Origin: the human T2T-CHM13v2.0 reference genome, Homo sapiens
Assembly: GCF_009914755.1 (NCBI RefSeq)
Contig: NC_060942.1
Length of the DNA stretch: 64,000 bases
Reading direction: 5' to 3' (one strand)
The notes beneath the pieces were generated by a model. The model made no database searches, was not told the DNA's origin, and saw nothing but the letters and a program-made list of their open reading frames with translations. The position numbers and the translations under genes were made by a program. Position 1 is the first letter of the stretch. Each line of letters starts with the position of its first letter. Shown one piece after another: positions 31,349 to 44,566 of the stretch.

Positions 31349-34300
31349 TGAACATTTACTCTTTCCATCTATCCTAACACTAACTGTCATGCAAAATGCA
31401 CCAATGTCTTTGTATTTTTGCAGTGTGAAGAATCGTGTGTGTTTGTGTGTGTGCGCTAAGTGTGTTCTGTGGTTTGATTCTCCTGTTCCTTCACTGTAGC
31501 TAGTTTATTTTAGGTTATATTCTCTTAATAAGAAGAGACTATGTTGACTTACTTTGGATAATGTCATAAATAGATTGCTGTGTACTAAATGGTTTCAATG
31601 ATAGTATTTTTGAGTGATAACTACTTACAAATATTAAAAATATGAATATAAAAATTATTCAATATTCAGCCAAAATCTTTTAGGGTTAAAAGCCTCAAAT
31701 GGGTTATTTTTATGATTCAGGAGTTCTTCCCAAAAGGATGGCAATGCTGATTGGCATTGATTCATGGAGATGAAGCTCTTAGCCTTCTGTCCTTCAGGCT
31801 TAAACAGAGGAGGTATACATGTAGACAGTCTACACTGATCACTGAGACAGAGAAGTGCCTTCTCCATTCATGCTGCCTTTTTAAAAGTTGTTTTTTTCTT
31901 CAAGGATAGACTCTGTGTTAATGTCAGCCCAGTTCTCTGTGTATACATGATGGTGGGGCCTGGGGGACGGGGGATGGGTGGATTGCAGGAAGCTTGTCTC
32001 AGTGTGCCAGGTTTTGTAGGTGACAGGGTGTAGTAATGGTTTCTTACATGAATGATTGCTATAGCTAATGGAGGTCTTGTGAAAATGATTCAGATTAAGC
32101 TTCTGGTTTGCTTTAAGCTTACTGACCCAGTATAATTGAGTGTAATTCAGTGGAATCAGTGAATTTGTATTCTTACAGTTAATAGCAATATATTCTTGAG
32201 AATGAAGAAACCATGAATGAGGTTCTTAATTTGCTTTTCTGCATCTTCCATGACCTTAAGAAGGATTTCATGAGAGCATTAGGGAAACTTCAAAAAAATT
32301 CTCTTTACAAACACTTTACACCTCACTCACTGTTAAACATGATTTATGTTGATAACTGTGCTAAAGTGAGAAATAATGCAAAATAGGGGATGTCATGGTT
32401 GTTTTATTTAAGGGACACCATGCCTTTAACCACCTGAGGATTGTAGTGACCTTACCAGTAATGTCAATGGAACTATTATTATTTGTGACTAGAAAATGGC
32501 TTATGACTATAAAGAAAAGAAAGGAGAGAGAGAAGGAAAGCTAAAAGAAGGGAGGAATGGAGGGAGATGAGGTGACAAAGAACAGAGGCAAATCTAAGGC
32601 AATCTTCAGAAGTAGTAAAGTAAAACGGAAATATTGGTTTGCAAGGCAGTAGCACATAATAGAATCGCAGGGTCTAATTTCATTAACATTCTTGCAGCAA
32701 ATAATTTTCCTGAATGAAAGGAACCAGCTGCACCAAGCAGATTTATATTTTCAGTAGCAACCCAATCTAGCAACTTTGTGAGCATCTTAGATTTGGTTTA
32801 GTTTTAAACTAATAAAATCTTAGCTGCCTGACCCAGGAGAGCTTTTTCTCATTAGTAACTGACACAAAGGATTTTGTTGATTGTCCACATGGTTTCTGAT
32901 TCCCAGAAAAAAATGAGCAGTGAATGTTATAAAGGCCCATAAGTTATGGGATGTGAGTAGGAAGCCGAAAACTTAATAGGAAAACCATAGGAAAGAACCC
33001 ATCATGAGATACATGGATGATGTTTCAGATTCTCAGGAGATTAACAAAGTATCTAGAGGTATTTATCCAATATGATGTTTCTTGGGCATAGGAAAAGCTT
33101 TTTAAACCATCGACCAGCCTCCAGAAAAAGATACATGATAAGGTAAAGAAAGTTAGTCAAAAAGAAAAAGAATCTGTGACTCCATTAAGGAACAAGAGCT
33201 ACTTTGTGTAAAACTGATGTGTATTTTCCTCAGTACCGTGCCCTGAGTGGGTAGGAGAGGGAGTTATTATAACCTCATTCCTGCTTCCACCAGAGCACCT
33301 GCACTAAAAACTGTTTTATCTTTTGGGGTTCTGGGTATGATCCTGTTTAACAAGATATTTTGACTACAAAAGTGTAATTTTTTTTTGAACTATCTGCCTA
33401 TATCATTCACTTCTTTGAGCATGGAGGCAATGGAAAATCTTACTACAATCAAGTAATTGCTTCATTAGAGAAGATTTATCCACAGAAATTGATGAGATTA
33501 AGTGTCAAAGCATTGTTGTTTCACTCAGTGCTTCTTTGAGGTTCAGAAGTACTTCCTTTGTACACTTAAATGGCAGAAGTGAGAAGCCAAACTTCACATT
33601 TGCTGATACCTCTAAATAGCTTTCTTGTCATCATCATCAGTAAACACACACAGGTAGGTAGACAGTAGATCCAGGGACCAGGGGCAACAAAGAGTTGTGC
33701 ATGAATTTGTAGTTTATTTGAGAAACAAAACGTTAACACACAGAAAACTGGTAGTACGGTACAGGAAGTCCTAACTTATTGTCATTGATAGGTTCTGGGA
33801 AACTATGACTTTAAGAAAAACATTGTATATCAAAACCAATTTTACCATAGGCTAATTAATATAAATGAGTTAAGTTACTATGTGATATTTCTGGTCAAGA
33901 AAACATCACCAACCTTCAAAATAAAGACCCAAAAACCTTCTAATGTTAAATATTGAAACAAATGTGAGCTATGTGTAAATGTAAGAAAGATTAATAAAAA
34001 CAAGTAAGACAATTATTTATTCAATTTTTGGTGAATCAGTGAATGATGGCAGTAGTAGTAGTAGTATTGGTGGGTTAAATCAAAGAATACATATTTACAA
34101 ACAAAGTTATTATGAGCATCTGTTACCATCCTACCACCACACAATTAAAAAAACATTAATGACATATCGTAAAAAAGGATTCCTGGCACTGAAAAATTTA
34201 ATGAATGAAATAACAATACAGTTGACACCTTCAGCAGTGGATTAGGTCAAGCAGAAGAAAGAATGACTAAAGTTAAAGATAGGTCTTTTGAAATAACCCA

Positions 34301-35389
34301 GTCAGACATAAATGAATGAAAAAAATAATTTTAAAAAGAAAGCCTAAATGGCATATTGGTCACCATCAAGTGAACAAGCATTCAACTATTGTGAATGCCA
34401 GAGGAGAAGAGATAGAAAAAAGCATTGAAAAACCTATTAAACCTGAAATAATAAAAATTTCTTAAATCTTAAAAGAGATATAGACATCCAAATATAGGAG
34501 GCTTAAAGACTTCTGAATATACTTAACACATAAGTCTCCTCTTTGAGGCACATTATAGTTAAACTGTCAAAAGTTAAAGAGAGAATTCTAAACAATAGAA
34601 AGAGAAAAGCATCAAGTCACATGTAAGAGAATTCCCATCAGATTAACAGCAGATTTCTCAGCTGAAACCATATAGGTCAGGAGAAAATCGAGTGATATAT
34701 TCAAAGTACTGAAAGCAAGAAAAAGACTCCTGGTGAAGAATACTATATTCACCAAATGTGTCCTTCAGAACGTAAGGAGATATAAAGTGTTTCCTAGACA
34801 AACAAAAACTGATGGGATTTGTCACCACTAGACTGACTATATGAGAAATGCTTAAGAAAGACCTACATCTGGAAGTGAAAGGATGTTCTCCATCACCGTG
34901 AAAACACACTAAAATATATAACTTATTGAAAGAGCAGATACGTATATGAGAAACCGAAAGGAATGAAATGTTATTACTACAGAAAGCTACCAAATCTCAA
35001 AGATAAACATCAGAGAGGAAGAAATGAATAAAGGATTTACAAAACAAACAAAAAACAATGAAGAAAATGACAGGAATAAGTTCTCACCTATTAATAACCT
35101 TGCATATAAACAGTTTAAATCTCCCAGTTAAAAGATATGGACTCACTGAATGGATAAAAATATATAATATAGCAAGACCCAACCATATTCTGCCCACAAG
35201 AAACTGACCTCACCTATAAAGACATATAGATTGAAAGTGAAGAGATGGGAAAAAATAATTTATGCAAAAAGAAACCAAAAGTCTTCAGTAGTTACTATAC
35301 TTAGACAAACTAGAACTTTAAGTCAAAAAACATAAAAAGAGACAAGATCAGTACATAATTATAAAGGGATCAATTCAGCAAGAGGATAT

Positions 35390-35394
<5 letters not shown>

Positions 35395-35428
<34 letters not shown>
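35395..35428. repeat. (CA)n microsatellite within the old L1
   Basis: Directly visible. Confidence 0.95.
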
Positions 35429-35431
<3 letters not shown>

Positions 35432-36700
35432 ACACTGGTGCACAAGATATATAAAGCAAATATCATTAGCGCTAATGGAAGAGATAGACTCCGTTACAAT
35501 AACAGATGGGGACTTCAACACCAAACTTGCTTGCAGCATTAGATAGATAACCTAGATAGAAAATCAACAAAGAAATATTGGACTTAAACTACCCTACAGA
35601 CCACATGGACCTAGCAGACGTTACAGAACCTTTCATCCGACAACTGCAGAATACACCTTCTTCTCGTCAGCACGTGGAATTTTCTCCAGGTTACACTATA
35701 TGTTAGGCAACAAAACATACTTCCATAAATATAAAAAAGTCAAAATCACTTCAAGTATTTTATCAGAACACAATGGAATAAACTACAAATCAGTAGCAAG
35801 AGAAATGTTGGAACCTGGAAAAAATATGGAAGTTAAATAATATGCTCCTGAATGATAATTGAGTTAATGAAGAAGTGAAGAAGGAAATAAAAAAATGGAA
35901 ACAAATGAAAATGGAAAGACAACATACCAAAACCTATAGGATTTCACAAAAGCAGTTCTAAGAGGGAAGTTTATAGTAATAAATACCTACATCAAAAAGT
36001 AGAAAGATTTCAAATAATCTAATGATGTACCTCAAGAAACCAAGAAAAGCAAGAACAAACCAAATAAAAAATTAGTAGAAGGGAAGAAATAATAAATATC
36101 AGAGCAGAACTAAATGAAATGGAGACAAAAATAGAGACTAAAAGAGATTAACAAAATGAAAACTTTGGTTTTCTGAAAAGATAAAATAGATAAACCTTTA
36201 GCTAGACCAAGAGAAAAACAGAAAAGACCCAAAAAAAATTAGAACAAAAAGGAGACATTACAATTGATACCACAGAAATAGAATCATTAGAGACTATTAG
36301 GAACAACTAACAACAACAGATTCCTGGACACATATAATCAACCAAGATAGAATGAGGAAGAAATAGAAAACCTGTGCAGACCAATAATTAGCAATGAGAT
36401 TGAATCAGTAATAAAAAGCCTCCCAACAAAGAAAAGCCCAGGATCAGATGGCTTTACCACTGAATTCTACCAAATTTATAAATTAGAATTGAGATGGATT
36501 CTTCTACAATTATTCCAAAAATTAGAAAAGGAGAGAATTCTTCCTAACTCATTGTAATAGACAAGCATAACCCTGATACCAAAACCAGACAAGGATGTAA
36601 CAAATAAGACAACTACAGGCATCATCATGATGAACATAAGTGTAAAAATCCCCAACAAAATATTAACATAGTAAATCCAACAGCACATTAAAAAGTTACA

Positions 36701-36916
36701 AAGACTATACTTTCAGGGATCATTTCTATAGTTCATTACTAGAGAAGTTTCTCTGAATGGGTAGAGCACTGGAAACCATGAGGAGGAGGCACAGTGTTCT
36801 CTCCTGAGCATGAAGCTGACTCTTGGTGTTGCTTCACTGCACCTGCCATGTGCCACTGATGATTGTTCTTGTCTTCCTCTGGGAGAGTAAGACGGAGAGC
36901 ATGCAGTCTGAGTGCT
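36701..36916 (+). pseudogene. U3: Full-length U3 snoRNA (SNORD3 family) retrocopy
   Basis: Starts exactly at the U3 5' end AAGACTATACTTTCAGGGATCATTTCTATAGT; box C' (tgagga), B (gagcatgaag), C (tgatga) and D (ctga, 36908-36911) in order; ~216 nt; CpGs decayed; upstream sequence is L1, so no PSE promoter. Confidence 0.95.
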
Positions 36917-39787
36917 TCCCATTTTATTGTTGTGTACTAAGAACAGTGTTTTTGTTGTACATGAGGGTGATAGCTTTAACATTTAGCAGGCAAATTGTTT
37001 TGAGAACATGTCAAGTGAGAGCTTTTTTCCTTTGTTCTTTGCTTGCTGAAGGGATCCTTGTGGGGTGGGCTGCTTGGTCTGTCACATGGCTCTCAAAAAT
37101 AGTCTTTCTAATTCCAGTATTCCTTGGTTTTTCTGGGCTTCTGAAGGTTTTTACTATGTAGTGATTTCAGAAAGTTCATTATTGCTTAGTCTGCTGTGTT
37201 TAGTTCCCTTCAAGGTTTTGTAAAAGAGACAAAAGCTTTTATTTCTTGGTAGGTAAAGCATGTTGAAGTTATCCATTTACTCTTTTTTTCCTTTTTTTCT
37301 TTCCTTTCTTTCTTAAAAAAAAAAATAAATAAACACCATGATCAAGTGAGATTTATCCCAGGGGAAAATGGATGGTTCAACATACGCAAATCGATGAATG
37401 TGATACACTACATCAATAGTATAAAAGACAAAAGTCATATGATCATCTCTATAGGTGCAGAAAAAGCTTTTGATAAAATTTAATATCTCCTCATGATAAA
37501 GTCTCTCAATGAACTTGGACATACCTCAGAATTTTAAAGGCAATATATGACATACAGCTAACATCATACCAAACAGAATAATTTGAAGCTTTTCCTCTAA
37601 AATCTGGAACAAGACAAGGAAGCCCATTTTCACCACTTTCATTCAACATAGTAATGGAAGTCATGGCCAGAGAAATCAAGCTAGAGAAAAAAAATAAAAG
37701 TCTCCAAATTGGAAAGGAAGAAGTCGGATTGTCCTTGTTTGCAGATGACATGATCTTATATTTAGAAATACCTTAAAAACTATTAAAAAGCTATTAGAAC
37801 ATGTAATCAATTTCAATAATGATGCAGGGTACAATATCAACATAACAAAAGTCGGTAGCATTTCTATACCTAAACAGCAAACAATCTGAAAATGAAATCA
37901 AGAAAGCTATCGCATTTACAGTAGTTACCAAAAAAAAAAAAAAATACCTAGGGATAAATTTAAATAAATGAAAGTTTTCTACAGTGAAACCTCTAAAACA
38001 CTAATGAAAGGAATTGAAAACACCAAAAATGAAAAGATATTACATGTGTATGGATTAGAAGAATTATTAAATAATATTCTTAAAATACCTGTATTACCTA
38101 AAGCAATCCATAGATTCATTGCAATCCCTAACAAAATACAAATGACATTGTTCACAGAAATAGAAAAACAATCCTGATATTCGTATGGAACCACAGAAAA
38201 TCCTGAATAACCAGAGCAATCTTAGCAAAAAGAACAAGGCTAGAGGCATCCCACTACCTGATTTGACAATATGCTACAAAGCTATAATAAGCAAAACAGC
38301 ATGGTGCTGCATAAAAACAGACACATAGACCAACGGAACAGAAGAGAACCTGTTAATAAATCTACATATTTATAGTCAACTCGTTTTTGATAAAGGCTTC
38401 AAGAGCATACGATAGGGAGATGACAGTCTCTTCAAAAAATAGTGTTAAGAAAACTGGATCTCTGCATGCAGAATAATAAAACTAGACCCCCATCACCAAA
38501 TATAAAACTCAAATAAAAATGATGTAGACTTAAATCTAAGACTGAAACTATGAAACTGCTTAAAGAAAATGTAGGAGAATTGATTTGGTACATCATTGGT
38601 CTGGGCAAATATTTTTTGTTAAAATATTGAAAACACGTGGGAACCAAAGCAAAAAATAGACAATTCAGATTTTTTAAAAAGCTGCACAGCAAAGGAGACA
38701 ATCAAGAAAGTGAAGAGACAACCTACAGAATGGGAGAAATTATTTGCAATCTATCCATTGGATAAGTAGGGATTAATAGCTAGAATATATGAGGAACTCA
38801 AACAACCCAACAACAATAACAAAAATCTGATTGAAAAATGAGCCAGTGACCTAAGTGAACATTTCTCAAAAGCAGACATTCAAATGGCCTGCAGCTGTAC
38901 GAAAAAAATGCTCAACATCACCAATCATTAGAGAAGTGCAGATCAAAACCACAGTGAGATAACTTTTCATCACAGTTAATGTGGCTATTATCCAAAGAAA
39001 GTTATAACAGATACTGGCAAGGATGCAGAGAAAGGAGAACTCTCATGTCAATGTTGGTGGGAATGTAAATTAGTGTAGCCATTATGGAAGGCAATATAGA
39101 GGTTCCTCTAAAACTAAAAATAGAACTACTGTATAATACAGCAGTCCCACTGCTGGGTATTTGGGTATGTTGCAAAAGAAAGGAAATAAGTATATTGAAG
39201 AGAGATTTGCACTCTCATATTTATTGCAGTTCTATTTACAATAGTGAAGATACGGAGTCAACCCAGTGTCCATCAATGGATGAATGGATAAGTAAAATAT
39301 AGTGTATACACAAAAGAATATTATTCTGCCATTAAAAAATGAAGTTTTGTCATTTGAAGCAACATGGATGAGCCTGGAGGACATTATGTTAAATTAAACA
39401 AGGCAGGCACAGAATCACAAATGTTACAGGTTCTACTCATATGTTGGAGCTAAAAAAGTTGATCTCATGGAGTTAGAGAGTAGAATGGTGGTTACCAGAG
39501 ACTGAGAAGGGTAAGGGGTTGGAAGCCCCAATTACCCTGATTTGATTATTACACATTGTATACATGCATCAAAATATTACATGTACTCCACAATTATGTG
39601 AAATTTTTATGTATCAATTTTTAAAAATTAAAACATGACACTATTAAAAGTACTGCGTTTATTCCTCATGAAGATATTTGTGGACTAATAGGAAAAAAGC
39701 ATTAAATATTTTAAATATAGAAAGAATATTCATATAGTGAAAAAAATTACAAATATGGCAGGCTCCCCAAGTACTTTTATACAACAT

Positions 39788-40089
<302 letters not shown>

Positions 40090-40745
40090 TAGCATTATTT
40101 ATTGTGCATTTGGATGATTATTGTATACTTTATGAATTTTTATAATTTGTATTCATTCCTTTTCCAATCTGCTTATTCCTGCTTAGCATCACAAGTAGTC
40201 AGAGCCTATATTGGCAGCTCAGGACACAGGTGGGAACCGCCCTGGACAGGACGCCTTTCCGCTGCAGAGTGCACTCACATAGCCCCACACTCACTTACAA
40301 TGGAACACTTGAGAGAATCCCATTAACCTGTCATGCACATCTTTGGGATGTGTTAGGAAACCAAGGTACCTGGAGAAAACCCTCACAGACATGGGGAGAA
40401 TGTACAAACTCCACACAGACAGTGGCACTGGCTAGAAATTGACATATTTTTCTCATCGGTGTTATAACCAGATGACATGGAGTGAGACAGTGTTATTGAG
40501 AACCTGGTATATAACCAGTATTTACCATAAGAGTCAAGTCAATGATACAGATGATAGTATCAGTATAGGCTAGGTGATTGGGGTGAGTCCTTTGAGAAAG
40601 CAAGCCTTGAGCTGGGCTTTCTGGAAAGAAGGTACAATCCTTCTCTGAGCAGAGGCAAGTGGGATGGGATGCTAGGCACAGAAGACAGTACTGATGACAG
40701 TTTGCAGGAGGGACTTTCAGTTGTTTAGGAGATAGTGGTAAGGTA

Positions 40746-40799
40746 TTAGGTTGGTGCAAAATTGACAATGGCAAAATACACAATTTTGCACCAACCTAA
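40746..40799. mobile_element. MADE1 (Hsmar1-derived MITE), internally deleted
   Basis: TA-ttaggttggtgcaaaatt...aattttgcaccaacctaa-TA. Confidence 0.92.
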
Positions 40800-40893
40800 T
40801 ATAATGTGTTGATGCTAATTGAGCATTTGTTTTGAAAGAGTAGTAACAGAGAAGGTTCCAAGATAGACAGATGCTCAAATGTGGGAAAATTAT

Positions 40894-41376
40894 TGTACTA
40901 GGGTTCTCCAGAGAAACAGAACCAATATGATATGTGTGTGCACACACACAAAGATTTATTATAAGGAATTGGCCCACATGTATGGAGGCTGGCAAGTCCC
41001 AAGATCTGCAGTTGGCAAAGTGGAGACCAGAAGAGCCTGTGCTGGTGTGGTTCCAGTTGTAAAGGCAGCAGGCTCAAGACCCAGGAAGAGCTGATATTTC
41101 AGTTCATGTCTGAAGGCCAGGAAAACAAAAAGAAAAACAAAAAACAATGTCCCAGTTCAGAAGCGGTCAGGCAAGGGGAATTACCAGTCTCTTTGTTGTA
41201 TTCAGCCTTCATTCTATTGGACAAGGCCCACCTGCATTAGGGAGGGCAATCTGCTTTGCTCAGTAACGTGATGCAGGTGTTAAACTCACCCAGAAACACC
41301 CTCACCAGAAACATTCTTCACCAGATGTCTAGGCTGCCTCTCACCTTGTCAACCTGACACATAAAATCAACCATCA
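40894..41376 (-). mobile_element. MLT2B-like ERVL solo LTR
   Basis: agggttctccagagaaacagaacc...tgacacataaaatcaaccatca. Confidence 0.85.
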
Positions 41377-43724
41377 GAATCATGAATGCCAGGAATTTAC
41401 ATTTAAATTGTAGATAGTTGAATATGATGCTTTATTTAGGCAAAAGTCCATAGTTAGATAAACTGTCAGCAGATACATTTATTAAGGTGGCATGTGTCTG
41501 TTATTAATCATATCAATTTGTTTATTCCCCTCTTTTGATGTATAATGGTCTTACTGTGTGCCAATAAGTGAATATATAAAATAATATGTTTGGATTTCTA
41601 CAGGTGTATTTGAATAACAGAATTCTCACTTGGGGGCCCAGCTTCAATTCATATTTACATGCCAAGATAATTGTTGATGTTGTAGAGAGGTGCTTAGTTA
41701 AGCAAAGAGATGAGCACATCTAAAATCAAGCTGGGAATAGGATCCTTAGGAATAAATATTTATGTTCACGGACATTAGTCTAAAGTGGCATCTTTAAACC
41801 TACCTTTTTTGTGTGTGATAGAAACATAGAGTTACACCTTATGGTGACCGCCTCATCCATTTCACACCATATATCATGAAGTCACAAGAAAAGAAGAAAA
41901 TCAGTTCTGGATGGCAGTGCAGACTAAATGTTCTTTCATAGGAAGTCAAGAAAGTAGCTTTTACAATTGCCAACGTTTATGTGCTTTTCCAAAGACTTGT
42001 TCACATTCTTCTCCAGCAGTGGCAGGCACTTGAATAAACTACTCAATTTGGAACATAGCAAATGACTTCCTGGCCTATGAAGAATGGTGGTGGCAATAAA
42101 TGGGTGGAACATTGCAGGCACCTAGGAAAGAGAGCACCATTTCTAAAATGTTTAGTGAAAATAGCATTTTCAAGCAAACTGGAAATGTCTGATTGGGGGC
42201 AGAAGAGTGAGCAACTGCAGCTTTGAAGGAGAGCAGGGTAACATGCTACATTCAGCATGTGCCTGAAGTCATGGGTCCAGCAGCTGTACCACCTCTTGCT
42301 GTCTCTGACAGCATTGGCGAGGGGTCTGAATTCGTTGCAAGTCTCTGCTGAGAAGGGCTGGCACATTTCTTTCCTGTGTCCTCTGTTAGGGGATAGCGAT
42401 AGACTCCTCGTAAACTCCAGGATGGAGCCTAGTTAGGCCTGTAAGTGCTAGTGTCTTTGCTGACAGAATTGCTGAGATAATTACTGCCACCTCCTCAGTT
42501 TTGTGTGTCACAGGCCATTGTCCAGTTATGGTTTCTCTGAAGTGAAATTTGGTGCATGCGAATGGGTGTGTGTGTATCTGGCTCGAAAGGTGGAGCTGCT
42601 GAGAGATTGGACTGCCACTCAGGCTAAAGGTTTTCTGGTGCTAGACAACTGGATGAAAGGTTTGTTTTTTTTTTTATTTGCCCCTCCACCAGCCTAGATA
42701 CACACTGGCTTTTGTGACTTTATAGAGTTATTCTCAGGTATGTATTCCAAAACTAGCAATAATTGTGAAGTGATTCCAAGAATCCAGTAGTTAAGTCTGT
42801 ATGGCTCCCAAAACCCATGTCCCCTTCTCTGCCTAATCTTCCTTAATAAAAAGCCAGTTGATAGTTTTTCTTTGCTGAGCTCTAGCAGCCAGTTGGCCTG
42901 GTGAGATTGAATAACATCAGGTAGCCATGTCAGGCGTTTGGAAAGCCTACAGGCAGAAGGCAGTAAGAATGGTCTTACTGAACACATCATATTCTACCAA
43001 TGTTAAGACATAGATTTATGGCCTCTAGCACAACATTCACTGTCAGCACCTGCTGTGTGTCATAATTGATGTTTCCTTTGGTTTCCTTGAACAGTTCTGC
43101 CTCAGCTAATGCCATTAAGTTTCAGAACTTAAAAAGAGTTATTGTTAAATGTGGAAAACTGCTCCTGATTATTTTGGCCATTAGAGGACCACGTGAGATG
43201 AGATCATAGAAAAATTGCCGGTAATCCATCCACTGACATTCACACTCTATCTAGATTTATGAAGCACTCCCCCAAGGCAGAAAATGCATCTGGAAAGAGT
43301 GCCTAATAGACATTTAGGTGTCTGGATGCTGAATAGATGCATATATGCATAGTTTCTCCATTTTGTTATTTCACTTCTGTTTCTAAAAACCTTGATAACA
43401 TTTAGAAGCAAATGTTCAGAAGGGAATGAAGGTCCTGCCATCAGGACAAGACATTTGGGTAGTAGAGCACATAATTCCTTACCAGGTATGATTTGACCTG
43501 AATGCATGCTAGCTCTTGAGTAGGTTAGAAGTAAGCAAGACTTGAAACAAAGCAAAAGTCAGAACCACAGGCAGAAAAGACATAATGTCACATCCTTGGA
43601 TGCCTGGTATGAGAATGCAGAATGTTGGCAAGAAAGATCCATGACTCTGGGAGAAGATGGGGACCCTGTTTTCTCCACCATTGTGAGAACCAGCTCTGCG
43701 TATTCTCCTGTGTCCGTGATTGTC

Positions 43725-43890
43725 ACAGGGTGGTCTCCAAACCAGCAAGCATCAGCATCCTGGAGAATGCAGACGCCCAGGCTCCAACTCAGATGTATTG
43801 AATCAGAAACTCTTGAGTGGCAAGACCCAGCAATCTTGTTTTAACAAGTCTTGCTGGTGATTCTGATGCATTTTAAAGTTTGAGAACCAA
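43725..43890. mobile_element. MER5A MITE
   Basis: agcatcagcatc...gaatcagaaactct...ttttaacaag...ggtgattctgatgca...aaagtttgagaacca. Confidence 0.8.
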
Positions 43891-44217
43891 TAAAGTATCA
43901 TCCCCAACAGAGGTGGAGTAAAGTGGATTTCACAGAACATTTCTCCGTGATTGCAATTCTCAGGCTGAGATGGACAAGAAATGCTGATACATCTCTGCCC
44001 ACTGATTTGACAACTTGAGAGACTAATGGGTTTTAGGAGTTCTTATTTTTTTTAATTCCAAATGTTTCGTTTTGATTAAAAACTGAAATATCAAAGAATT
44101 CTCTAAAAATTCTCTATTAGGACCAAAAAGATGAAATATACAAAACAGTCTGGCATTTGCTTTTGTGCTGTTACCCAGAGTGTTTCTCATTTTGCCATGG
44201 CTGAGAAAAAGTGTTGG

Positions 44218-44566
44218 TGATATAGTTTGGCAGTGTCCCCACCCAAATCTCACCTTGACTTGTAATAATCCCCACATGTCAAGGGCGGGGCCAGGTGGAG
44301 ATAATTGAATCGTGGTGGTTTCCCCCATACTGTTCTTGTGGTAGTGAATAAGTCTCATGAGATCTGATGATTTTGTAAATGGAGGTTCCCCTGCACAAGC
44401 TCCCTCTTGCCTACGGCGACATAAGACAAGAAGTGCCTTTGCTTCCCACCATGATTGTGAGGCCTCCCCAGCCATGTGGAACTGTCAGTGCATTAAACCC
44501 CTTTCTTTTATAAATTACCCAGTCTTGGGTATATGTTTATTAGCAGCATGAGAACAGACTAATACA
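44218..44566 (+). mobile_element. THE1B-like MaLR solo LTR
   Basis: tgatatagtttggc...gagaacagactaataca; perfect 5-bp TSD GTTGG. Confidence 0.93.

Larger units (their letters stand above)
34171..39633 (+). mobile_element. Old 5'-truncated L1 (L1MA4-6-like), ~5.5 kb, ORFs decayed
   Basis: Colinear similarity to ORF1/ORF2 of the young L1 in this window (tttgcagatgacatgat = FADDM); L1MA-type 3' UTR with an internal deletion. Confidence 0.92.

Noticed and set aside
36701-36916. Functional U3 gene
   Set aside because: No upstream snRNA promoter, embedded in an L1, CpG decay including in box B.
36823-37161. 112-aa hydrophobic ORF
   Set aside because: Non-ATG start inside the U3 copy; hydrophobicity reflects T-rich composition.
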